Shown here: piece by piece, positions 41,521 through 54,368 of the stretch
Position numbering within the stretch: position 1 is the stretch's first letter
Layout: each line of letters begins with the position of its first letter
NCBI GenBank assembly: GCA_951406725.2
Contig: OX597836.1
Span: forward strand, 11,160,001-11,224,000
Source: Octopus vulgaris
Lineage: Eukaryota
Reading direction: 5' to 3'
Length of the DNA stretch: 64,000 nt
Notes under the pieces: generated by a model
Database searches by the model: none
What the model saw: only the letters and a program-made list of their open reading frames with translations
Told to the model about the DNA's origin: nothing
Position numbers and translations under genes: made by a program

Positions 41521-42041
41521 TTTCTGTCTTAGCTTTCTTTCTTTCCTTCCTTCCTTCCTTTCTTTCTTTCTTTCTTTCTTTCCTACCTTCTTTTCTTTGC
41601 TTTCTTTCTTTCAATCCTTCTTTCCTTCCTTCCTTCCTACCTTTCTATCTCTGCTTCCTTCCTTTCCTTCCTTCCTTCCCTGCTTTCTTTCTTCCTTTCT
41701 TATTAAAATACCTTCTTTCTTTCCTTCCTTATTTCGTCCTTGCAGGCTTTCTTTCTTTCATTCTCTCACTCTTTCATTCTCTTACTCTTTCTTTTTCGCT
41801 TTCTTTCTCTCTTTTTATTTTTCCTTTCCTTTTTCAACTCGCTTTCTTTCCGTCTTCTTCCCAAGCTTTCTCTCTTTCTTTCCCTCTACCCTTCCTCATT
41901 CTTTTCATTCTTTTCCATTCTTTGTCTCTCTCTTTCCTCCTTTCCTATTTTCTTTCTTCCTAACTTTCGCTCTGTCTATCGTCTTTCTTCTTTCCTTCCT
42001 TCCTTCCTTCCTTTCTTCCTCTCTTCCATTTCTTTCTCACT

Positions 42042-42078
<37 letters not shown>

Positions 42079-42192
42079 ATTTCCCTTCCTTAATTTCTCT
42101 CTTTTCTTTTTTCATACTTTTTCTTCTCGAAAGCCTTATCTATCTCGTTCCTTCTTTCTCACCTCCTTCATTTCATTTATTCTTTCTCCCTC

Positions 42193-42248
<56 letters not shown>

Positions 42249-42337
42249 TCCCTTTTCCTTTCTTTCTTCTTTCCTTCCTTTCTTTCTTCCCTTTTTAGCT
42301 TTATTTTTCATTTTGTTTTTATTGTTTTGTTTTTCAG
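41385..42337. repeat. About 950-bp polypyrimidine tract (TTTC/TTCC/TC-derived) ending in a splice-acceptor-like ttttcAG
   Basis: Direct reading; source of the 309-aa F/S/L pseudo-ORF. Confidence 0.93.
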
Positions 42338-42547
42338 AGGTCGACAGTCTGGTCAGACGAGGAATATTCTATAAGAAAACGTGAACAATGACTTTACACT
42401 AACTGATTCTAAAGAGTTAACTCAATTTGCTAGATGGCTAGATCGATAGATCGATAGATTGATAGATTGACAGAGCTTTCGGTAAAGATTATAAATCCAT
42501 AGCTCTCTGTGTATTGATGATACAAAGGAAACCAGAACTGGAGAAAT

Positions 42548-42583
<36 letters not shown>

Positions 42584-42659
42584 GAGGGGTGGGGTAGGGA
42601 AGAGACGTATTGCGAAGAAGCCACGTTATGTGAAGTGTAGGTGGATATGGCAAAGGATT

Positions 42660-42787
42660 TACACATACATATACATATATACACATACATATGTACATAT
42701 ACATATATACATATATATATATGATTATATATATGTATATGTATGTATGTATACATATATATATATATGTATGTATATATATATATT

Positions 42788-42825
<38 letters not shown>

Positions 42826-42900
42826 CATAAATATATATATATGTATGTATGTATATATATATACATATATATATATACACATATATATACATACACACTC

Positions 42901-42937
<37 letters not shown>

Positions 42938-43069
42938 TGATTATATATATATATACGTATATATATCTATACACAGATATATATATATATTTTTTTATGT
43001 ATATGCATATAAATGGATATATATATATGTAGAGTGATATTTATATATATATATATATATAATATATAA

Positions 43070-43130
<61 letters not shown>
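42660..43130. repeat. TA/TACA/(GA)n compound tract
   Basis: Direct reading. Confidence 0.95.
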
Positions 43131-44279
43131 GGGGGAGAGATGGAGTATGCGAAAATATAAAAAGGTAAACATGGAGGGATGGAAAGAATGAAAGAAAAAA
43201 ATGAATGAACGGGATAGAGAAGAAAGACATTTTCGCAAGGAACATGATTAACTTAAGGTGACGGTTAGTGGTGGAAGTGGGAGGAGCTGAAAGAGGAAGA
43301 GGAAGAGGCGCAGGAGAGGGTGTGGAGGAAAGGTCGATGAGAGTAGGAAGGGTGGGAACGAGATGGAGGGTTTAGTGGGGGTGGGTGGATGATGCAGAGA
43401 ATGAGTTTATTTAATATGGTGTTTGGTTGTATATAAACATTTGAATGAGTAAATGAGTAAGCTAAGTAAAGTTGACTAATAATTTACTATAAGTAATAGT
43501 AAGAACTTTTCTTCTTTGAGAATATGGTAAATGGGAATTAAGATGCGAAAGAATATGGACGAATATTGAAGAATATTAAATCGGAGTGGAGACAGTTGGA
43601 AAATGCAAATGAAGGTTGGTGGTGTTTGAGAAGGTAGTAGTGAAATACTAATAAAAACAAAATACATATGTACGCGAATAAGGAGAATAGAATTAACAAA
43701 GATGAGACATGAAAAAGGTAGTGTACTAGAGAGAAAACATAAAAATACTAGAGAAGCTGTATTAGAGAGGTAAGACAGAAAGAGCTAGAGATAGCCGTCG
43801 GTGTGGAAAGGGTGAAACATACGGGGTGAGGTGGGCTGGTTTCGGAACATAGGATGACCGTAAAATGGTTGTGTTAGCGAAAGAGAAAAAGAGATGAAAA
43901 TTTTAAAAGACAGATACTGTGAAAGAACGAAGCAATGAGACGATGAAGCAGTATAAGATGAGATGGTGAAGTAATAATATTAAGTAAGAAGCAGAGTACT
44001 TTTGCTAGTCATAGAAGTGGGAGACTGAAGAATCGTAATTTGGCGTAGTGAAAGCAGAGGCAATGCTTTGACTTGTAGATATCTCTTGTCATTTGTTAAC
44101 ATGCAGGAATTACAAGTATGCAAGTCTAATGCAAGTCTAATGCATTAAAAGATGCACTTTTGCCTTGTCGTTCTAGACAGATTTTTACTTAATGGTGAAC
44201 TGACGTCTGCTTGCTAGTGGATGGATATGTGGATATATCACTTATTTAGGTTGGCATTGCTCATTTAATTTGGAATATT

Positions 44280-44479
44280 TATGTATGTACATGCCTACGT
44301 TCATTCATATGTATGTATATATATATATGTATATGTATATATATATGCATATATATATATGTATATATATATATGTATATATATTTACATGTATATATAT
44401 ATATATGTATATACATATATATGTATATATATATATACATATATATATATATGCATATATATATATATACATATATATA

Positions 44480-44525
<46 letters not shown>

Positions 44526-44713
44526 CATATATATATATGCATATATATATATGCATATATATATATATGCATATATATATATGTATATATATATATTATA
44601 TATATACAGATATAGATAGATATAGTTACATGCTGCCTGATACACATGTGTGCATATGTACCTACATCCATATATATATATATTTATACATATGTATATA
44701 TATATGTATATAT

Positions 44714-44767
<54 letters not shown>

Positions 44768-44820
44768 GTGTGTATGCATATATACATATATTTATATGTA
44801 TATAGATACGTGTATATATA
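44280..44820. repeat. Degenerate (TA)n tract
   Basis: Direct reading. Confidence 0.95.
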
Positions 44821-44845
44821 CATAAGGTATATTTAATCATATTAT

Positions 44846-45548
44846 CTGTCCTTGCACAGGGGACATCCAGACTCCCGTTTGTGCCGTGAAGAGGGATTAA
44901 TATTCTCTCTTCGCTCCTTTGCGCCATATGGGCTCAACTCTCCTCCCCTCCCCCTCACACCCACTCCCACATACCGCACTTCTAACCCCACCCTCAGCCT
45001 ACCCACAAACCCTACCTCTACCCTAAACTCAGCCTCATCCACATCCCACCGTTGCTTTCCCCACTCTCACCTCCACCTCCCAACACCATCACACTGCACC
45101 ACACACCACTACACCATACACCACCATACCACACAACAACACATCACATCACACCACGCACACACTGACCCCTTCCCAGTCCCACATCCACACACCTACA
45201 CATACACACACGCACACGTCAAGGTTACCAGCTCTCTTCCACACGCACGTACATACACTCTTATAAACACGCGCACCTTCGTTTTGGGATCACGACTACT
45301 TTATTATCTACCCTTCTTCCTAGCTCTCCTATGTAATCGTTCTGTCCGGCATTCGCCATGATAGATCGCTAGCCACTACACATTTTTTATTTTTTCTACT
45401 TGTTTCTTTTCTGTGTTCCTTTCTGTGGAAGAGCGTAGGCTCGAAACGTTAAAGACTTTTCACTTCCCAAGCGTTATACTTATATATCTGTTTGTTTTCT
45501 ACACCCCCTGTCTTCGTCTTTTGTTTTTTTTTTTGTGAATTCTCCCTC
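44846..45548 (+). mobile_element. 5'-truncated Penelope-like retroelement 3' end (GIY-YIG C-terminus, C/A-rich UTR, terminal repeat with hammerhead-like motif)
   Basis: [31 protein letters not shown] (44846-44938) fits the R..RE..LIF.L....P.GLN end of PLE endonucleases; downstream gaagagcgtaggctcgaaacgt at 45428-45449. Confidence 0.8.
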
Positions 45549-46592
45549 ATATGTATACATACATATGTACTTACCCACGTATATTCGCGTGTATTTGTGT
45601 ATAGACACCCACACATACATAAACTCATATATTTATATATATCAATACGTAGACGCTCATATATCTCTCAAATATGTAAATCCCACAACGAGCAACGTTT
45701 ATGACGCACATACATGAACACGCGCCCTCACACATACACACAAATATACTCACATACATACAGAAGCACACTCTCACACAACACACACACACACATACAT
45801 ACACACACACACACACACATACAGGCAGACACACACTGAATATCAGAGATATAACGTATATAAAAATTTGTAGGATATCGCTTATTGCAGTGAAGAATCT
45901 AAATAAATACACTCACTCGCAAGATTACTTTAGCGTTCAGCAATTTTAAAGAAATTAAAAGTCACAATATACTTAATTGATAGCTTTCAGCTATAGTCAG
46001 ACGCGAATTCTTCGCTTGCTTCTGGCAATAGATTCTAACACTTACATATCTTTGTCATGTCGACATCACACTTTTACCGCGTCTCATTCAACAGTGAGTG
46101 TTTTTCATGACAGCTGCTAGAATGGCGTTTCATTAATCAAGACGATTTAGATAATTTGATAATGCTGGCGCTATTCTCTTCCGAAGAGTTCTTTCCATTT
46201 CGCATTACCCACAAAGAACGTCGTTCTCTTTCGCGTTATATACAAATTACTTCGCATTTCGCCTTACTCATAAACGTCTTCTTGTTATTCCACCTTACGC
46301 AGAAAAAAGTTTGTTCCTGCTTCCCTTACTTTTGAACTTTTTACCTTACCGAAAATGTACTCCAGAAACGGCCATCGAATGGACTTTCTCTAATAACGGA
46401 ACTTTATCCTTAATTCATAATCCTTAATTGTAAATTTTTGATCTATTATAGTAATGTAGATCTAGTAATGTGTATATCATATTCAAGGTAGATACAAGTT
46501 AGAAAGCCAAAAATCTCCATTCTCTTGAGTAGGCTTCTATTTTTTCCCACCATGTTTCACATTTATCTGCTTACTTCGGTATATATATATAT

Positions 46593-46785
46593 ATGTGGAG
46601 GAAAGTAAGAAGAAAAATAAGCGAAAATGCACATTGGAAATCAAAAAAGTAAAGGCTTTTTATGAAAAGTAACGATAGATATATAAAAATTAGATGAACT
46701 GAGGTAGGAATAAAAGATCTTTTACTTTTTTTTAAATTTTCAATGTGTATTTTCGCTTATTTTTCTTCTTACTTTCCCTTTACAT
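46593..46785. repeat. Foldback element with about 65-70-bp inverted arms (29 bp perfect)
   Basis: ggaaagtaagaagaaaaataagcgaaaat at 46600-46628 is the exact reverse complement of 46749-46777; pairing continues inward with mismatches. Confidence 0.88.
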
Positions 46786-46822
46786 TTCCATGTGTAGTTT
46801 TTATTTTATTTTTGTAACACAT

Positions 46823-46872
<50 letters not shown>

Positions 46873-47714
46873 TGTATGTATGTATCTATATATATGTATA
46901 TGTGTATATATATTGATACTTATGTGTATATTTGTATGCTCATACGCATACATATATAACTGAGATATACAAGAATAAAATTTCCCAGGATAGGTTCGTC
47001 GATTAAATCGCTTCCAGTGTTTTGACTGGTACTTCATTTTATAGACTGTAAAAGGATTAAAGGCAAAGTTGCGCTGAGCTTGACGTCGCTGGAATTCAAA
47101 ACCGTAGAAAGCCTAGCTACCGCGAGGCATCTTTCCCGACATCCCTTCGAACTTCCACCGCAACCATCCTATATACTCATACACAAACGCTCACACATAC
47201 ATACATACACATATATACATATGTATGCCCATTTATACATACCTATACACACGCACTCATGTATGTTCCTTTCGTTTGTTTAATTCCCATAAGCATGAAA
47301 TCATAAACACAAACCACCTGTTGGGGTTTTGCGCACTTTTAGTAATTGAACGTCTCACTTAAAGTAACTAAAATCGCGCTCTAATTATATACATCTATTT
47401 GCTGTACTGCTGTCGGCATTATATTATTTAAGCGTCTAAATATATCACCTTCTCTCTGTGTAGCACTCTTAATACACTTTTCAAAACCTTTTAAAGACAC
47501 ATATTATTTCTTGTTAATTTATAGATTTACTTCTGCGTCCCTTTCTCCATATCTCGGTAATGTATCTATCAACTCCTTCAATCGTGATGTTAAAGGCTAT
47601 ATGTGTTGTGTGAGAACATATATGTGTTGTACGGATAAATGAATAATGGAATTTAGCACAACAACCACTGAGTTTGTGAATTGTTATAGAAAATATCAAG
47701 AGTTCGTAAATTAT

Positions 47715-47857
47715 ATTTCTTTACTACCCACAAGGGGCTAAACACAGAGGGGACAAACAAGGACAGACAAACGGATTAAGTCGATTACATCGACCCCAGT
47801 GCGTAACTGGTACTTAATTTAGCGACCCCGAAAGGATGAAAGGCAAAGTCGACCTCG
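47715..47857 (-). mobile_element. 5'-truncated family B SINE
   Basis: Near-consensus tail 1 and central domain; stops at gtcgacctcg. Confidence 0.92.
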
Positions 47858-48066
47858 CTAAATACATGAACATACGAAAATATGTATATATATTTTTGTA
47901 TGTGCATGCATTTTTACGTATATATATATTTGATAATATATATATATATATATATAATTCTCCCTCTTTCACGCACTCTCCCTCTCTCTCTATATATATT
48001 TTTATATACATACATACATACATATATACATACATACATACATACATACATACATACATACATACA

Positions 48067-48102
<36 letters not shown>

Positions 48103-48170
48103 TATTCACATACACACATACATACATACATATATATATATTCCCATATATATATATATTCAAATATCAC
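47856..48170 (+). repeat. Copy of the low-complexity unit found in tandem at 50814-51490
   Basis: Shared unique anchor cgc.aaata.atgaacatacgaaaatatgtatatatatttttgtatgt at 47856, 50814 and 51189. Confidence 0.9.
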
Positions 48171-48209
48171 TATTATATGATGGTAGAATGTGATACGAAG
48201 TAGATACAC

Positions 48210-48331
48210 CACCAACGGCTGGATACGTCTCAACGACAACTCTTTGCTCGAGTAGTTCATGGTATCCAGATTCTCTCCTGGTGGTGCTTTGAAGTTAGCC
48301 ATGGCCTGGTCAGATAATTTCCGAAACCAAT
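48210..48331 (-). CDS. Candidate internal coding exon of an unidentified minus-strand gene
   Basis: Strong acceptor cttttcctttataatttAG; only one frame is open (xWFRKLSDQAMANFKAPPGENLDTMNYSSKELSLRRIQPL); GC is higher than the flanks; donor is weak and ambiguous; no family recognised. Confidence 0.3.
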
Positions 48332-48881
48332 CTAAATTATAAAGGAAAAGTTAACCAAGACTGTCCACCACGGTGTTTCACGAGACAAAGACCCTTTATA
48401 TGATTGCCTGACCAACTGAAAACAACAGCCACACACCTCATAAATAATTAATAGAAATGCATCATGTTTCTGTGGATTGTAAAAAAGAATAAGCTACTAG
48501 GATGTTCTACCTTGAAATTTCAGTGGCCAAAACACCTTTGTGTGGTCGCTTGACATGCTGAAAATAGCAGCGAGTCCTCCTTTAAATTTTTTCCAACACC
48601 ACACCGTGTTTTAGTAGCTGATACGATAGAAAAATGCAACAAGGATAAACTGCCATTCTGTGGTCACTCGACATGCTAGAAATAGCAGGTAGTTTGTGCA
48701 CAAGTCATTCTACACCTTTGTAATTAAAGAATAAATTACATACCTAATTCTGTTCTCAGAAAATTGTAATAAAAAAATAAAAAAAGAATTGCATTTTGGA
48801 AAAAAGATTTACGAGTAAAAGACGAATTAAAATGCATTCCATGTTAAGCTTGCTCAGTCGTCGTTTACCTAGGGCTAAAAT

Positions 48882-48924
<43 letters not shown>

Positions 48925-49032
48925 CGACAACGATGACAACTACAACAACAATACTGGCATTCTTTTGTCAGTTTGAACAACAAAATTTTTGAATATCATG
49001 ACAGAAAACTGAAATTAGTTCTGTAAAAAAAA

Positions 49033-49034
<2 letters not shown>

Positions 49035-49080
<46 letters not shown>

Positions 49081-49160
49081 GCACACTTGCGCATGCATAT
49101 ATATATTATCATGCGAGTTCTGTGAGTAGCATTTACGCAAATACGCGAAAAAGACTCCAT

Positions 49161-49218
<58 letters not shown>

Positions 49219-49298
49219 TGCGCATGCATATATATATTATCGTGCGAGTTCTGTGAGTAGCATTTACGCAAATCCACGAAAAAGACTCCATATTGTAT
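49035..49298. repeat. Tandem duplication of about 130 bp, each unit (TA)n plus about 90 bp unique
   Basis: cacacttgcgcatgcatatata...gcgagttctgtgagtagcatttacgcaaat.c.cgaaaaagactccatattgtat occurs twice. Confidence 0.92.
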
Positions 49299-49712
49299 CT
49301 AAAACAACATACAAAGTCCAAGAATTATTACAGTTGGATATGGAATAATTACAGATCACAACACATAACATGAAATTTATTTGACAGGCTAAAGGGAGAT
49401 GAAGAAAGGAAGACGTGTAATTACGGCAAACATGGCCGTCGAAGTTAAAAACATTGATAAACAATCTCTCTCTCTCTCACACAGCAATCTAATATATGTT
49501 CGTCGCTGGTTTCTGTTTTGAAGAGAACGAAACAAAAAAAAAAGAATGAATATCGCTTATTATCTCCATCGCTATCGCCTCCATATTGAGAGCTTGACAA
49601 TGCATTCTAACGTAATGCGGGCTGATAGCCGAGCTTTGCATGTTAGATGTGCATAAATATGAATTTGTGAAAAATGAATGCTGCACATAGTTTGTCTTTT
49701 TCTGACAAAGAG

Positions 49713-49818
<106 letters not shown>

Positions 49819-50129
49819 AATGAGAGAGGAAGGAAAAGGATGGAAAGAAGGAAGGAGAAGGAAGAGAGGAGAGGAAGGAGGAGCAGAACGGGAGAGCGAG
49901 GAGGAGCAGAGAGAAGGAGAGAAATATAATGAAACTAAAGCAGTGGTTGTGAATATATTCAGAAATACTTAATTATACTCCCTCTTAAACAATCTCAGGC
50001 ACACACACACACACACACACACGCGCGCGCACAAAAGCACGTGCCGCTCTTACACAACAATATGCGCCATATAAATGGTGTATAAATATATACATGCATA
50101 CATACACATGCACGCACACGCTCAGGTAT

Positions 50130-50425
<296 letters not shown>

Positions 50426-50813
50426 TCAGAAAGAGAGGCAGAGAGAAAGAGAAGACAGAGAAAGAGAGAATGAGGGAGAGAAGGGATAAAGGTAAAAGAA
50501 GTGGGGAGAGATTTAATAAGATAGGTAGATAAAGAATAGCACCGTATCAGAATACATCGCGGTAAATGTATGTGTTTATAAAAAGAGAAAACAAAAATGG
50601 AGGACGGTATATTGGAAAATGATTTCATTGCAAACGTATTAAGTTCCACAGCCATAGAAACACATAGATATTGTGAAAATACATTGGAAAATCGAATATT
50701 TAAGCCAATTATGAAGATAGAATGCCTCGCACTCAATGAGCCGCCTCTCTTGTAGAAGATATGCCTATACATAAGTATATGCACACACATGTATATATAT
50801 ATATATATATACA

Positions 50814-50892
50814 CGCAAAATACATGAACATACGAAAATATGTATATATATTTTTGTATGTTCGTGCATTTTTACGTATATGTCATTTGATA

Positions 50893-50923
<31 letters not shown>

Positions 50924-51109
50924 ATGTATATATATATATATTTCTTTCTCTCTCCTTCTCTCTATATTTATGTATATACATACATTCATACATATATATA
51001 TGTGCACATACACACATAGTCATATATACATACATACTTGATTTAATATGTGTGTGTTAGTTTCTAGCTGAGTGTCTGTATACATATATACATACATATA
51101 TTTGTATGC

Positions 51110-51142
<33 letters not shown>

Positions 51143-51145
51143 CCT

Positions 51146-51188
<43 letters not shown>

Positions 51189-51393
51189 CGCTAAATAGAT
51201 GAACATACGAAAATATGTATATATATTTTTGTATGTGCATGCATTTTTACGTATATATATATTTGATAATATATATATATTTCTCCCTCTCTCACGCACT
51301 ATTCCTCTCTCTCTATATATTTTTATATACATACATACATACATACATACATACATACATGCATACATATATATTCACATACACACATAGTTA

Positions 51394-51432
<39 letters not shown>

Positions 51433-51490
51433 TTGATTTAATATGTGTGTGTTAGTCTATAGCTGAATGTGTCTATGCATATATATAATA
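50814..51490 (+). repeat. Tandem duplication with a 375-bp period
   Basis: Anchors atgaacatacgaaaatatg and acttgatttaatatgtgtgtgttagt.t.tagctga each occur twice. Confidence 0.9.
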
Positions 51491-52164
51491 TATGTGTGTG
51501 AGATTTGCGTGCATGAATGTTTGTGTGTACGTGCCCACGTGCACGCGTGTGTGCGTGTGTGCGCATTCGTGCCCGCCTCAAAATACCATCAACATGTTAT
51601 TTTCTATCTCCACTCATATTTCATATATCGTGATGCCTCCGAGGTAAATTTCATTTTTACATTAATATTCAATAAATATAAAAACGATACTAAAATAGTT
51701 GAATGTAAAATTCCCATATAGTATTCTGGCACAAAACCATCTTCATTACTTCTTCACTGACTGTATACTCTCCTAACACACGCTCTCACAAAAACGCACA
51801 CAGACATGTATACACGCACGCTACGCTTATATACATATAGCAGGTATGGTTATGTGCTTTCAAAATTTTCTTCCGCAGCTAAGCAATTTCATATTCAGTC
51901 CCACAGTGCAGTACTTTGGACAAACGTTACTCTAACAGCCCTAAACCAACCAACGTTTCGTGTGTGAATCTGGCAGAGGAAAAAAAAGAATTATCGGAAA
52001 CTATCCCTATACGTATATATATATGTGTATATGTGTGTGTATACACACACATTCACATATATAAATCGTTCTGAGTAACCTTGGGAAAATATCTCCTACA
52101 TAGCCTGGAGTCGACAAAAAGCCTTATGAGTGGATTTGGTAGAGGGAAACTAAAAGAAGCCCTT

Positions 52165-52230
<66 letters not shown>

Positions 52231-52280
52231 TGTAAATAAGTAAATGGAGTTTAACGCAGGTATAAATCAAATACCTTTAC

Positions 52281-52365
52281 TTTCGACACATGTTTCGAAG
52301 ATTTCACTAATATTATTCAAAAGAATAAATGGTATAAAACAGTGCAATCTTCTCTTGAGGGAAAT
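52281..52365 (-). ncRNA. Type I hammerhead ribozyme with long stem II, core mutated (G5>C)
   Basis: Minus strand: CUCAAGA - GAAGAUUgCACU...32 nt...AGUGaAAUCUUC (11/12 bp) - GAAA - C AUGU GUC. Confidence 0.65.
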
Positions 52366-52606
52366 GAAAATACCAAAATACGTCAATAAGACATTTTATC
52401 AGAAAATGATAGATATGTATAGTGATTTACTGAACTCTATTAATATTGTGTATGTATGTATGTATGTATATGTGTAAAAAGGTTGAATTAGATTCGTCCT
52501 TTAATTTGAAGGTTTCCAAAAAAATAATAAATAAAATAAAATCTAGATCCTAATTTGCATTTTCCTTTCTCACTTCATTTAAAAAGAAAACTTTGTTTAT
52601 ATTTGT

Positions 52607-52710
52607 TGCACTGAAGAGTACAGTGATATATAATTAATTGAATTTAATAAATTCTATTCCACCATGACTTTGCATGATTTTTACATCGCTGTACGAAACG
52701 ATCGTCTGCA
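52607..52710 (+). ncRNA. Type I hammerhead ribozyme with intact core, predicted cleavage after C52706
   Basis: Stem I UGCA/UGCA; CUGAAGA 52611-52617; stem II GUACAGUGAU/AUCGCUGUAC (10 bp, one G-U); GAAA 52695-52698; stem III AC-GAUC-GU; GUC triplet. Confidence 0.85.
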
Positions 52711-53160
52711 TGAATTAAAATGGTGGGTGGTTTAATACGAGATGATATTGGAACAATGTTTTTACGAATATTAAACCGAAGCTGTATCGATATCTCCATC
52801 TTCCTCGTTTACACACACGAATGCTTACACTCACGCACACACATACACACGTACACACACACACACACATTGGAGCTCTACTTCCCAGGCAACTGATCCT
52901 GTGTATTGAAAATAAAACCTTAACACCTCAGAAGACACATGTTAACTTCTCAGTAACACACAAAGGTGTTAATTTTGCTTAAACATCCATTATTAGGTGT
53001 CAGAATTTTCTACATAATTATGTGTAAGTATGCATGTAAGAGCATTCACCACCGTTCCTACGTAAGATGTTCTTCCATAGGTGTGTATACATACATACAT
53101 ACATACATACATACATACATACATACATACATACATACATACATACAGATATATACCTAT

Positions 53161-53320
53161 ATCTCTTTTACTCTGGAGCACCGCCTTTAGCCGAGCAAAT
53201 CGACCCCAGGACTTATTCTTTGTAAGCCTAGTACTTATTCTATCGATCTCTTTCACCAGCATCGGTTGTCAAGCGCTGTTGCGGGTGAAAACACAGACAC
53301 AAAAACATATGTACACACAA

Positions 53321-53363
<43 letters not shown>

Positions 53364-53637
53364 TACGACGGCCTTCTTTCAGTTTCCGTCTACCAAATCC
53401 ACTCACAAGGATTTGGTCGGCTCGAGGCTATAGTAGAAGATACTTGCCCAAGGTGGGACTGAACCCGGAACCATGTGGTTGGTAAGCAAACTACTTACCA
53501 CGTAGCCACTCCTGCGCTTATATATAAACTCATCTTAAGTCCGCACAAATACTTGTGCAAGGTGCCACGCAGTGGGAATGAACCCTGAACCATGTGGTTG
53601 GTAAACAAGCTACTTACGACACAGCCACTCCTGCGCC
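53161..53637 (-). mobile_element. Family A SINE with internal deletions, plus a second head (53545-53637)
   Basis: Matches consensus segments. Confidence 0.88.
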
Positions 53638-53981
53638 TATATGTATACACACACGTGTGAAGTCAGACACCAAGGAAAACATATGATCCTAGATTGAACG
53701 AAAGTACATTGAATTTTACGCTATTTAAAAACGATAATGGAAATCCGCTTAGAATAGTTTAGTTCTTATTAACGTACTTCTCACAGTTCATAACATCATT
53801 TCCCGTTTCCCATGTGAAGAGATAAAAAACCATTTATCATCCCGTTCTCATTTGAAGTATGTCATAGTAAAAACCTGATCGCTAACGCTAACCTATCCTT
53901 GATTCATTTGAAAGAGCGCTTAAGTGCATTTCTGTTATGTTACGAAGCACGTATCAGTCTTTTGCTATCGTTTGCGAATTT

Positions 53982-54368
53982 GTGGAGGCGCAATGGCCCA
54001 GTGGTTAGGGCAGCGGACTCGCGGTCATAGGATTGCGGTTTCGATTCCCAGACCGGGCGTTGTGAGTGTTTATTGAGCGAAAACACCTAAAAAGCTCCAC
54101 GAGGCTCCGGCAGGGGATGGTGGTGATCCCTGCTGTACTCTTTCACCACAACTTTCTCTCACTCTTACTTCCTGTTTCTGTTGTACCTGTATTTCAAAGG
54201 GCCGGCATTGTCACTCTCTGTGTCACGCTGAATATCCCCGAGAACTACGTTAAGGGTACACGTGTCTGTAGAGTGCTCAGCCACTTACACGTTAATTTCA
54301 CGAGCTGGCTGTTCCGTTGATTCGGATCAACCGGAACCCTCGTCGTCGTAACCGACGGAGTGCTTCCA
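53982..54368 (+). mobile_element. Family C SINE, tail variant 1, full length
   Basis: Nearly identical to 14367-14749. Confidence 0.95.

Noticed and set aside
43345-43390. G-tract cluster (possible G-quadruplex)
   Set aside because: Irregular loops within decayed purine-rich simple sequence; no evidence of function.
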